Assembly: GCA_040219255.1 (NCBI GenBank)
Contig: JAVJSW010000020.1
Coordinates: 1-30,341, forward strand
Reading direction: 5' to 3'
Origin: Sumerlaeia bacterium
GTDB taxonomy: Bacteria; Sumerlaeota; Sumerlaeia; SLMS01; JAHLLQ01
DNA length: 30,341 bases
Part shown: positions 9,013-17,879 of the stretch, piece after piece
How the letters are laid out: the number at the start of each line of letters is the position of its first letter
How positions within the stretch are numbered: the stretch's first letter is position 1
Program-made: the position numbers and the translations under genes
The notes under the pieces: generated by a model
What the model saw: only the letters and a program-made list of their open reading frames with translations
What the model was told of the DNA's origin: nothing
Database searches by the model: none

Positions 9013-12000
9013 ATGCGGAAGCGTTCTCTCCGAACCGCCTTTAGCGCCGTGTTCGCCGCTCTTATGTCGGTGTGTGCCGTACCGGCCCAAGCCGCGTGGC
9101 GGGAACTGCCGCTTCCGAAACTGGCCACCGACCGCGTTCTCTCGATTTCGTTTATCGACGACGACCGGGGCTTCGTCCTGACCGGGACCTTCGATTGGGA
9201 GCTGTATTACACCGGCGACAGCGGCGAAACGTGGGAGAAGCGCAGCGAGGGCGAGGACGTCGAGGCGTTCAGCCCGGTCGGCAAAATTCACTTTCTTGAC
9301 GAGAATACGGGGTTCTTCACGCCTGGTGATACCTTCAACTCCGTTCTGCTGAAAACGACCGACGGCGGCCGGACGTGGGAGGTGGTGGATACGCCCCTCA
9401 TGGGCACGTCCGATGATCCGGATGTCGAGAACATGTTCTGGGTCGATGCGATCACGGGCTGGATCAATGGCCGCGGTGAAACGGAAGAGGGCGATCGTTT
9501 TTCCCTGGCGCGGACGGAGGATGGCGGGGCGACTTGGACACCGGTGTTCTCGCTGATCCGGAACACGGCTTCGTCCATGTACTTCGACAAGGAAGGACTC
9601 GGCTGTTATGTTCTGGATTTTCCCGGCGGGATCGTGGTGTCGCGGGACGGTGGAACGAGTTGGACCATTCCCGCGTTCGACGAGATGGGTTCGCTGAAGG
9701 CGCTGCACTTTCGCGACAACCAGACCGGTTGGGCGGGGGGCGACGGAGGGGTGCTGCTGCGGACGACGAATGGTGGTCTCAACTGGCAATCGGCGGCCCC
9801 CGGCAACGTGGGCAGGGTCCAGGCGATCCTGGCTACCCGCGAAGGGCCGGTGTACGTCGGGACGTTCCAGGCGGGGGGCGGCCATTTCCTGATCACCGAC
9901 GACAACGGCATTACCTGGCGGCGCCAGAACACGCCGAAATACCCGGTGGCCGGCGGGGCTTCCTTCGTCAACGTTCAGACCATCATCCAGACACCAGGCG
10001 GTAAAATCCTGGCGGGGGGAGAGCGCCTTTTCGTTCGCGTCGAAGGCGACGAGCCCGTGATCAAGCCGGTGGTGCCGCCATCGGGGACACGAGGCGTCCG
10101 GTACGAATACACCTTCCGCACGCGGGGCGGGGTCGAGCCCATGACCTGGACATCGAGCCGGGATTTGCCTCCGGGGCTGTCGCTCGACGCGGCGACGGGC
10201 CGGGTCTCGGGGACGCCTACGAATGCGGCGCCTCCTTTCGACCTGACGGTGACGGACTCTGAGGGGCGGACGGATACGCTGGTTTCGGTTTCGATTCCGA
10301 TCCGGGGCGAGGTGCTCAGCTTTTTGGCCAGCGACCTGCCCGATGCGACGCACCGGCGGACCTATCGCGAGCCGCTGGCGATTGAGGGCGGCGTGCGGCC
10401 GTTTACCTTCCGGGTGCTCAATGGAGCGCTGCCGCGGGGCATGGACGTCGATTCCAATGGGATTCTGGCGGGCGCGCCGCAGGAACTGGGCGAATTCCAG
10501 TTCTCCATCGAAGTGACCGATTCGAACTCGATCCCGCAACGAATCACGCGCGAACTGAGCCTGACCGTGGGGCCCTCGCAGGAGTCGGGGTGGGACGTTC
10601 AGCACGCCCAGAACCGGATCACGTCGATTCACTTCTTTGACGATCAGAGCGGGTTGGCTACGAGCTGGAGCGGCGCCCTGATCCGGACGGACAACGGGGG
10701 CCGGACGTGGGACATCGAGGGGCGTGTGGAGGTCTTCAATTCCGAGATTTACGACGCTGCGTGGCACGGTGAGACGGGTCTGCTGGCGGCGAACGCGGGC
10801 ATCCATCGCACCACCGACCGGGGGCGGACCTTCGAGCTGACGGCGCAGGCGGACCAGGAACCGGTCGGATCGGTCGCGCCACTGGTGCGTTTCGCGCGCA
10901 ATGGGCTGGCATTCCTGCTGAACGACCGGTTGGTGCGTTCGGCGGACGACGGCCAGACATGGGCAGCAACCCAAACGCCAGCCGATTACACGGGCCAATT
11001 CTGGGACGTGGAGTTCATCGACGAAACGACGGGCTACGCGACGGGCGAATTCAAAGGCTTCTTCAAATCCACCGATGGGGGCTTGACGTGGCAGAGGGAG
11101 CCCATTGCCGGGCTCACCGATGACGACACGATCCCGAACGAAGTCTGGCTCTTCGGTCTGGAGGCCATCGGCGACAAGATTTGGGTGGGGGCGACTCTGG
11201 CGGAATTCGCCCAGGGCATCAAAGTCTATCGCACGGAAGACGCGGGCGAGACGTGGATCGAAGAAAGCGTGCTGCCGTCGTCCGGCGCGCCGATGGAGAT
11301 CGATTTCGCCGATGACGGCCTGCGCGGTTGGATGGGGGGATTCGGGCGTTCGCGCTTTTCCTATACGACCAATGGCGGCGACTCGTGGGGTGGTGCCAAC
11401 ACCTGGCGGAACGACGTGAACCCCACGGAGTTCACCTTCCTGGACGATGGGGTGACCGGCTGGGTGGTGCTGAACCAGGCTGGCCGGTCGGTGAACAATT
11501 CGTTGGCGGATATGCAGGGCACGATTTGGAAGACCACCGACGGCGGCCGGACGATGGAACGCCAGTTTGGTTTCGCCCTCGATTCCGAGGTGCTCTCGCA
11601 GGTGGGGCGCGAGTCCCAGGCCAACTATCCGGGGCCGAACCTGCTGGCGGTTTCCTTTCCCACGGACTCGGTGGGGTACGCGCTGGCGCTCGATCCGGTG
11701 TTCGAGTCGCTCAATACGGCCAATCTGCTGAAGACGACGACGGCCGGGGCGACATGGGAGTTTGTCACCGAGGTGCGCGGCGGTTCGCGCATTCTGTTCA
11801 CGACCGAGCAGCACGGGTGGCTCTATCATCCCGAGGACATCGGCAACCCCATCTATGAAACGCGCGATGGCGGCTTGAACTGGTTTCCCCGCATCGACAT
11901 CTACAGCGGCGGAACCTTCAACAAAATCCTGCCCAGCGTTGGCTGGGACGACATGGTGTTCCTGAACGATCAGGTGGGGTGGATTTCCGTGGCGGGGAGT

Positions 12001-13158
12001 GTGATCAAGACGACCGACAGCGGCCGCTCCTGGACCCGGACCGCGGCTGAGGACACCAGCGATCGCTATGGGTTGGAAATGGTCGATGCCCAAGTCGGCT
12101 GGCGTTACCGCATCGACGGTAGCGCCGTCGAAGTCACCACCGATGGCGCCGATTCCTTCACGCCGGTGACCTCGCCCACGTCGGATGCTCCTGTGCGCAT
12201 TCAAGCCTTCGCGGCGCTGGACGACCAGATCGCCTGGTTCGCCGGGGACGACGGCGTGACGGGCAAAACGACCGATGGCGGCGCGACCTGGGACGTGACC
12301 ACGCGGCTTTTCGGTGGCAGCGAAACGCACTGGGGCGTGATCGCGTTCCAGGATTGTCTCGGCGGCTTGATTGCCGGGACCAAACCACGCCAGGAGGGCA
12401 CCGACATCGGCACCCCGGTGCTGATTCAAACCATGACCGGCGATTTCGAGACCGCTCCCGTGACGACCTTTGGCGTGACGAACCACCGGATCCGCACCGC
12501 CGATTCGGTCGATTCGCTGAACATCTGGGCCTACGGCGATCTCGGATTCGGGACCAAGTTCGGGGCGGCGTCGGATGCGTTGGCAATCACGACACCGGAC
12601 CTGCTCGCGGGCGATCAGGGCGTCGCCTATCAGGGCCAGTTGACCGCGGCAAACGGCACGGGAACCCTGACGTGGCAGGTCTGCGGCGGGGCCCTGCCCG
12701 ATGGCATGACGCTCGAACCCGGCGGCGCGCTCAGCGGCACGCCCACCGAGGGCGGCCATTTCCGCTTCATCGCCGGCGTGGTGGACGAATCGGGCCAGAC
12801 AGCGGGGAGGCGCTACTTCCTGGCGATTCGCCCGGCGAACTCGCCCGAGATCACCACCGCCAGCCTGCCCGGCGGGATGCTCGGCGAACCGTACTCGCTG
12901 CCCCTCGAAGCCACCGGAGGCCAACCGCCCTACACCTGGCGCGTCGTCGAGGGCGACTTGCCGCGCGGTCTCGACCTCGTCAGCTTCGGAGGCCTCGGCG
13001 GCATCCCCTCCGTCCCCGGCGAATACCGCCTGACCCTGGAAGTCCGCGACGACGCCTCGCCCCAAGGCTTCGACCGCCAGCCTTTCGTTCTCACCATCGG
13101 CGGCATGACGACGCAGGACGTGGCGGCCGAGCCGGAGGTGGGGTGGGTGATGCGGTAG
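9013..13158 (+). CDS. Large secreted protein with YCF48/BNR (Asp-box) beta-propellers and putative Ig (He_PIG-like) domains
   Basis: Signal peptide ending AQA-A. About 18 T-x-D-G-G-x-T-W Asp-box repeats. Two pairs of Ig-like repeats (GG..PYTW....G.LP.GL.L...G.L.G.P). GGAG RBS. Confidence 0.85.
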   Translation: MRKRSLRTAFSAVFAALMSVCAVPAQAAWRELPLPKLATDRVLSISFIDDDRGFVLTGTFDWELYYTGDSGETWEKRSEGEDVEAFSPVGKIHFLDENTGFFTPGDTFNSVLLKTTDGGRTWEVVDTPLMGTSDDPDVENMFWVDAITGWINGRGETEEGDRFSLARTEDGGATWTPVFSLIRNTASSMYFDKEGLGCYVLDFPGGIVVSRDGGTSWTIPAFDEMGSLKALHFRDNQTGWAGGDGGVLLRTTNGGLNWQSAAPGNVGRVQAILATREGPVYVGTFQAGGGHFLITDDNGITWRRQNTPKYPVAGGASFVNVQTIIQTPGGKILAGGERLFVRVEGDEPVIKPVVPPSGTRGVRYEYTFRTRGGVEPMTWTSSRDLPPGLSLDAATGRVSGTPTNAAPPFDLTVTDSEGRTDTLVSVSIPIRGEVLSFLASDLPDATHRRTYREPLAIEGGVRPFTFRVLNGALPRGMDVDSNGILAGAPQELGEFQFSIEVTDSNSIPQRITRELSLTVGPSQESGWDVQHAQNRITSIHFFDDQSGLATSWSGALIRTDNGGRTWDIEGRVEVFNSEIYDAAWHGETGLLAANAGIHRTTDRGRTFELTAQADQEPVGSVAPLVRFARNGLAFLLNDRLVRSADDGQTWAATQTPADYTGQFWDVEFIDETTGYATGEFKGFFKSTDGGLTWQREPIAGLTDDDTIPNEVWLFGLEAIGDKIWVGATLAEFAQGIKVYRTEDAGETWIEESVLPSSGAPMEIDFADDGLRGWMGGFGRSRFSYTTNGGDSWGGANTWRNDVNPTEFTFLDDGVTGWVVLNQAGRSVNNSLADMQGTIWKTTDGGRTMERQFGFALDSEVLSQVGRESQANYPGPNLLAVSFPTDSVGYALALDPVFESLNTANLLKTTTAGATWEFVTEVRGGSRILFTTEQHGWLYHPEDIGNPIYETRDGGLNWFPRIDIYSGGTFNKILPSVGWDDMVFLNDQVGWISVAGSVIKTTDSGRSWTRTAAEDTSDRYGLEMVDAQVGWRYRIDGSAVEVTTDGADSFTPVTSPTSDAPVRIQAFAALDDQIAWFAGDDGVTGKTTDGGATWDVTTRLFGGSETHWGVIAFQDCLGGLIAGTKPRQEGTDIGTPVLIQTMTGDFETAPVTTFGVTNHRIRTADSVDSLNIWAYGDLGFGTKFGAASDALAITTPDLLAGDQGVAYQGQLTAANGTGTLTWQVCGGALPDGMTLEPGGALSGTPTEGGHFRFIAGVVDESGQTAGRRYFLAIRPANSPEITTASLPGGMLGEPYSLPLEATGGQPPYTWRVVEGDLPRGLDLVSFGGLGGIPSVPGEYRLTLEVRDDASPQGFDRQPFVLTIGGMTTQDVAAEPEVGWVMR

Positions 13159-13191
13159 GGGCGGACCGGCATTGACCCCGCGTTTTTCCTC

Positions 13192-13217
13192 AAGAAGAGA
13201 TAAAGCAATCTCTTCTT
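13192..13217. promoter_or_regulatory. Perfect 10-bp inverted repeat upstream of the PLD gene (operator or hairpin)
   Basis: AAGAAGAGAT-aaagca-ATCTCTTCTT, ending 31 nt before ATG 13249. Confidence 0.4.
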
Positions 13218-13248
13218 CGATCCAGAAACGGAAGCGGGTTCCCAACCG

Positions 13249-13983
13249 ATGGCGAAATTCCTGAATACTTCGGCGACAACTTATCACCTGGAGGAGCTGA
13301 TCAAGCAGGCCCGCGAGCGCCTGATTCTGATCAGCCCGTTCCTGCGATTTAACGAACGCATCCGTGAACTGCTCGAGGACCAGAACCGCCTCAAGATCGA
13401 CATCCGCGTCGTATACGGCAAGAGCGAGCTGCAACCGGAGGAAATCGCCTGGCTGAAATCGCTGGAGTTCGTGCGCTTGAGTTTCTGCAAGAACCTCCAC
13501 GCCAAGTGCTATCTCAACGAGCAGAAGGCCATCGTGACCTCGATGAACCTTTACGAGTTCTCGCAGGTGAACAACAACGAGATGGGCATCCTGATGGAGC
13601 GCGACGCGGACGGGCCACTGTTCCTGGAAACCTACCAGGAAGCGCAGCGCCTGATTCGCGTCAGCGAGGAAGTGAAACTGTCGGTGGAGCGGGTCTCGCC
13701 CGGACAGGAAGCGGCGACGGCCCCCGCCTCCGCCGCCGAGGAGGAGGACGAGGGCGATTCGGCCGGGCAGGCGGGCCAGTTCCTGTCCACAACGCGGCTG
13801 GCGAAGTCCCTCGACTTGAAGCCCAAGGATCTCTTCACCAAGCTTCAGGAGGCGGGCTGGATTGACCGCGCGGGGGATAAATGGGTCCTGACGGCGAAGG
13901 GCAAAGAGGCGGGGGGCGAGACGCGCTTCAGCCGCCAGTATGGAGAGTTCATCGTGTGGCCGACGGGGATCCGAGTGCCGTAG
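13249..13983 (+). CDS. Phospholipase D-family (single HxK) nuclease-like protein with C-terminal winged-HTH/antirepressor-like domain
   Basis: LILISPF, LHAKCYLNE (HxK), IVTSMN and NNNEMGI motifs. Acidic linker, then LSTTRLAKSLDLKPKDLFTKLQEAGWI...WVLTAKGKEAGG. Confidence 0.8.
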   Translation: MAKFLNTSATTYHLEELIKQARERLILISPFLRFNERIRELLEDQNRLKIDIRVVYGKSELQPEEIAWLKSLEFVRLSFCKNLHAKCYLNEQKAIVTSMNLYEFSQVNNNEMGILMERDADGPLFLETYQEAQRLIRVSEEVKLSVERVSPGQEAATAPASAAEEEDEGDSAGQAGQFLSTTRLAKSLDLKPKDLFTKLQEAGWIDRAGDKWVLTAKGKEAGGETRFSRQYGEFIVWPTGIRVP

Positions 13984-14078
13984 GGCACCTGTGAGGTTGC
14001 CTGAACGTTCCCCTGACCATCTTTGATCCGCACTTCGATAAACCCACGCTGCCGGTCCTCCTCGTCCGATGGGAGGGC

Positions 14079-14267
14079 TCACTTCCGGCCTTCGTCGCGG
14101 GCCGACAGAATTTCCGTCACGGTGGCGCCACCGCCTTGGGCGACGACCTCGTTTCTCAGCTCTCGGATTTGGGTCACGAAATCCAAAGCCTGTTGCCGCT
14201 GGTCTTGAGTTGTGTGCGAGCCGGTGCGCTCGCTGGTGCGGAGGGAGTCGTCCTTGTCTGCTTTCAT
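14079..14267 (-). CDS. Small protein resembling a type II antitoxin (orphan)
   Basis: 62 aa with AAGGAG RBS. C-terminus IRELRNEV...TVTEILSARDEGRK resembles the tails of VapB/Phd-like antitoxins. Confidence 0.5.
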   Translation of the reverse strand: MKADKDDSLRTSERTGSHTTQDQRQQALDFVTQIRELRNEVVAQGGGATVTEILSARDEGRK

Positions 14268-14334
14268 AGGAGTTGGCTCCTTCGCTCCTGGGGGATGGGC
14301 CAATTTACCCACGCCCCGCAGGCCGTCAAATCCC

Positions 14335-15327
14335 CTAAACCCGCCACCCCTCCAGCAGCCACTGCACCCGCGCCCGGCATTCGTCCACGGCGTTCCAGCC
14401 GCGATCCCAGCGGGGAGGCTGCATGCGGCGGGCGCGCGATTTCAGGAGGGCGAGGTCCACCAGCGCGTGGGCGTAGGCTCGGCGGTGGGTCCACCAGGGG
14501 GCCCAGGTGCCGCGGCGGCCTCGCCAGCGCGAGACGGCCCGCGGGTGGTCCGGCGGGATCAGGCCGTGGGCCGCTTCCTCGTGTAGTTCGTGCAGGATCA
14601 GGCGGCGCTCCCACCCGAGCGCCATCAGCAGCAGCGCCAGCAGCGCAAAGCCCGTGGCCGCCAGCAGCGCCATGCCGAGCAGCGAGCCGAAGCCCTTGGT
14701 CATCAGCTCGTCCAGAGAAGCCAGCGCGTTCCACGTCAGGTGGATCACCATGGCCAGCACCAGCGCCGGGGCGCTGTAAAAAACCGTCCCCACAATCCAC
14801 CGCCCGTGCATGTACGCCAGCCCCAGCGCCGCCCCCACCAGGGCCGTGTTCAGCGCGTGGAGCCCGGCGGTAAAGGTGGTGCGGATCACCACCGTGGCGG
14901 CCCACTCGCCGGTGCCGCCGTAGAGGTAGGCGTGTTCGAAATACATCAGGTTTTCGGAAATGGCGAATCCGATCCCGGCGCCCAGGCCGAACAGCGCTCC
15001 ATCGGCCAGCGTCCGCATCCGCCCCAGCGCCACGATGGGGATCAGGACCAGGGCCTTCCAGAATTCCTCGACCACGGGGGCCATGAAGACGGCGGTGAAG
15101 ACATCGAGTTTGCCGGCGGAGACGCGCCCCTCGACGGGCGCCAGGGTGATTTCGTAAGTCCAGATGGACGAGTATGCGGCGCCGATGGCCCCCCAGACGA
15201 TGACCGCCGCCAGCAGCGCCAGGCTCTTGCCCCCGAGCCGGTCCGCCACCAACGCCACAATCAACGCCGCCACGATGGGCAGCAGCGCGAAGACGACGGA
15301 CAGGATTTCGACGGCGAGGGTGGTCAT
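14335..15327 (-). CDS. PrsW-family intramembrane glutamic/metalloprotease
   Basis: APVVEEFWK, GFAISENLMY, LHA and IHLTWN motifs in a multi-TM protein with a cytoplasmic C-terminal extension. Confidence 0.88.
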   Translation of the reverse strand: MTTLAVEILSVVFALLPIVAALIVALVADRLGGKSLALLAAVIVWGAIGAAYSSIWTYEITLAPVEGRVSAGKLDVFTAVFMAPVVEEFWKALVLIPIVALGRMRTLADGALFGLGAGIGFAISENLMYFEHAYLYGGTGEWAATVVIRTTFTAGLHALNTALVGAALGLAYMHGRWIVGTVFYSAPALVLAMVIHLTWNALASLDELMTKGFGSLLGMALLAATGFALLALLLMALGWERRLILHELHEEAAHGLIPPDHPRAVSRWRGRRGTWAPWWTHRRAYAHALVDLALLKSRARRMQPPRWDRGWNAVDECRARVQWLLEGWRV

Positions 15328-15656
15328 GGGCGGGGCGAGAGGGCGGGTGAGTTAGGACATGTGAGGGAAGCGTGGGCAACGCTAGAAATTAAAGGGAATT
15401 TTTGCTTGCGCTCTAATCGTGAGAAAAAGAACCACCGAGCAATCCAAGTGAATTTACCCACTCAATGACGCTGCATGCCATGGGAAAAAACGAAAAGCAG
15501 ACGGCGATCGATCCCAGGTTCGCGATTTTTTCCCTTCGCGGGGATACCGCTCCCGGGCAACCGCCCAATGTGTTCAGGATCGCTTGGTGGCTGGACGAAT
15601 GGCGGAGACCGTTCCTCTCGTTCCTTAATACTCCTTGGAAGAGGAAGTGTCAGAAT

Positions 15657-16982
15657 ATGAGTTGTAAAGAACTTCGCCCGCCCATTGGCCCGCTCGTGGG
15701 GTTGCTTATCGCGTTTCTGTGTGCAAGTGTGGCGCGCTCGGAGGAAGACGATCAGGCCGCATTGAAGAAGATCTTTGAAACGATCATCGTGGAGTCGGAA
15801 ATCGATCCGACACCCATCTATGCGGAAATGCTCATCAGAAAGCACCAGCCCGCCTATACCCTCGATGATTTTCCCATTGAAGAGAACAAGCTCGCTGGCA
15901 ACGAACGAAGGTTTCGTCAAATGCTGGCCGAGCGCTTCTCGGTCAACTTTGAAATCGAGCCTTTGAACCAGTTCGAAGCGGTCAAAGTCTATCTCGAGGG
16001 TGGCCTTGAGCGCAAGGATCAGGCTCTCGTCGACGAGGAGCAATTCGCCGCTCTCCTGGCGACCGGAGATTTCAGTCAGCTCGAGTTCGAGAAATACTAC
16101 GAGGAAGGTTCAAAGACCACGGCCATACTTGACGTCGGACCGAACCAGCATCATCCGCAAGCGGTCATTTCTGGGATCGGCCTGGAAGTGCCTCCTGTCC
16201 GTCAGTTCGGTGGGTTCCTCACAAAACCTCAATATCTCCAGGGGCTGACCGGACTCCTGGATTCCTTCGAATTCATATCAGCAGAAACGGAATTGGGTAC
16301 GCGCATCGTGGCCCACCGACACGATATGACCCTGTCCACTATCGAAGTGCTCTTCGACTGGGAACTTTATCCAAAGTTGAAGCACATCACGCTGTTCGGG
16401 GCGCCTTCCATCGTCACGGAAGAGATCTCCTATGCCGATTATCGCGAAGTGAAGAAAGGGCTTAACTTGCCCTTTTACGTGAAGAGAACACGTTACGCTC
16501 CATCGCCCGATCCGCCGGCGCCCGGCGCCGAGTTGGATAAAGTGCCGCAAAAGATAAGCTACGTGGAAGAAATCTACGTGACGAAGCTGAACGTCGATGT
16601 GGCGCACGACGAGGACACCTTTGTCCCCGACCTGTATGCAGGAATACAGGTTTATGACGAATCCGGCGATGAAGTGAAGCAATACATTGTCCCGGGCAAG
16701 GTCGAGGAAAAGGACATCGCCATGGCTCAGAAGCAAATTCTGGCCATGGATGTGGAAACTGAAGAGGAAGTCGAGCCGAGTCGAGCGGAGCTGGCCAATT
16801 CGCCCACCGCGGGTCCGCCTCAGTCTGCTTCACTCGGCGAGGGCATGCGGCTTGCGTTGGAAGACCGGAAAACCTGGACAGGGCAAGTCACACGGCTCAT
16901 TCTCCTGCTGTCCATACCGCTTGTCCTGATTTCCACACTCCTCGCCTGGCGGAGGAAGAAACGAGCCTCCTCTCTTTCATAG
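15657..16982 (+). CDS. Hypothetical exported protein with C-terminal TM anchor
   Basis: Likely start MSCKELRPP with a signal peptide (VGLLIAFLCASVARS), acidic body, and C-terminal LILLLSIPLVLISTLLAW-RRKKR. Lower GC than the flanks. Confidence 0.7.
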   Translation: MSCKELRPPIGPLVGLLIAFLCASVARSEEDDQAALKKIFETIIVESEIDPTPIYAEMLIRKHQPAYTLDDFPIEENKLAGNERRFRQMLAERFSVNFEIEPLNQFEAVKVYLEGGLERKDQALVDEEQFAALLATGDFSQLEFEKYYEEGSKTTAILDVGPNQHHPQAVISGIGLEVPPVRQFGGFLTKPQYLQGLTGLLDSFEFISAETELGTRIVAHRHDMTLSTIEVLFDWELYPKLKHITLFGAPSIVTEEISYADYREVKKGLNLPFYVKRTRYAPSPDPPAPGAELDKVPQKISYVEEIYVTKLNVDVAHDEDTFVPDLYAGIQVYDESGDEVKQYIVPGKVEEKDIAMAQKQILAMDVETEEEVEPSRAELANSPTAGPPQSASLGEGMRLALEDRKTWTGQVTRLILLLSIPLVLISTLLAWRRKKRASSLS

Positions 16983-17038
16983 TGCCAGCTTCGGCCGCAA
17001 TCCCCCCAAGACGGGGGCGACGGCCGACGGCGGCTCGC

Positions 17039-17680
17039 TCAATCCTCGCTGTCGTCGTAGCCGTGGAGGCGTTCGAAGTACTCGGGGCCTTCCGTTTCGA
17101 GCAACCGAGCCACCTCCGGGTCCTGGGCTTGCAGGAAGAAATCGCCGCCTTGGCAGCCGATGGCGAAGGCGCTGCCGTAGAAGTCGTTGAAGGTGGTGTC
17201 CTGGAATTCGGCGAAATCGCCGTCGGCGGCATCGCTGAGATAAACCAGATCGGCGACGGCCCCCATCACATCGCGCATCAGGTCCTCGTCCTGCTCGCGT
17301 TCGCTGAAGCCGACGTAGGACTCGCCGTTTTCGTCGGAGAGCCGCACCAGCAGCGCGGCCGGCTGGGGGCGTTCGCGCTCCAGGAGGAGGCCGTATTCCA
17401 TACAGCTCATTTCGATGCGCTGGTCTTCCGCGGGGGATTGCAGACCGGGAAAGATGGCCTCGACCCGCGCCCGCACCCAGAGCGCGTCGAAGCGCATTTC
17501 GAGCAATTGGTAGAGGGGTTCGGGCACGACGTGGCCTTCGAGAACGGGTTCGAGGCCGTACTCGTCGGTGAGCGGGTCGGCGTCCAGGTCGAGCTTCACG
17601 GGCGTGATGGTCCACCCTTCGTGTTCGGCGGGCGGTGCGAGGGCTTTGGTGTAGGCGCCGTGGCGCGGGCGTGGGGACAT
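17039..17680 (-). CDS. Hypothetical acidic protein
   Basis: 213 aa from MSPRPRHG; GC3-biased codons, D/E-rich; no family recognised. Confidence 0.6.
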   Translation of the reverse strand: MSPRPRHGAYTKALAPPAEHEGWTITPVKLDLDADPLTDEYGLEPVLEGHVVPEPLYQLLEMRFDALWVRARVEAIFPGLQSPAEDQRIEMSCMEYGLLLERERPQPAALLVRLSDENGESYVGFSEREQDEDLMRDVMGAVADLVYLSDAADGDFAEFQDTTFNDFYGSAFAIGCQGGDFFLQAQDPEVARLLETEGPEYFERLHGYDDSED

Positions 17681-17879
17681 GGCGGGGCGGGGGGCCTCCT
17701 GGGCGGATGGGCTGGGCGAAGAAGAACGCCGGTGGGGGGGGCGGTGTGAAGGCGATTCTGGAGGTTGGGGTGGCGAAGGTGGCTTGCGGTGGATTCTCAA
17801 TTCTGTTGACAGAAGGGGGGTGGGGGGGTGGTAATTGTCATAAAAACCGCTCTCATTTCACCGCAGGAGAATCAAAAAC

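Noticed and set aside
9007-14082. 1691-aa minus-strand ORF
   Set aside because: Antisense shadow of two well-supported plus-strand genes. R/G/P-rich with no motifs; typical of high-GC codon bias.
17801-17835. TTCTGT-TG-ACAGAA palindrome overlapping TTGACA, followed by G-runs
   Set aside because: Short palindrome with no well-spaced -10 element; too weak to call.
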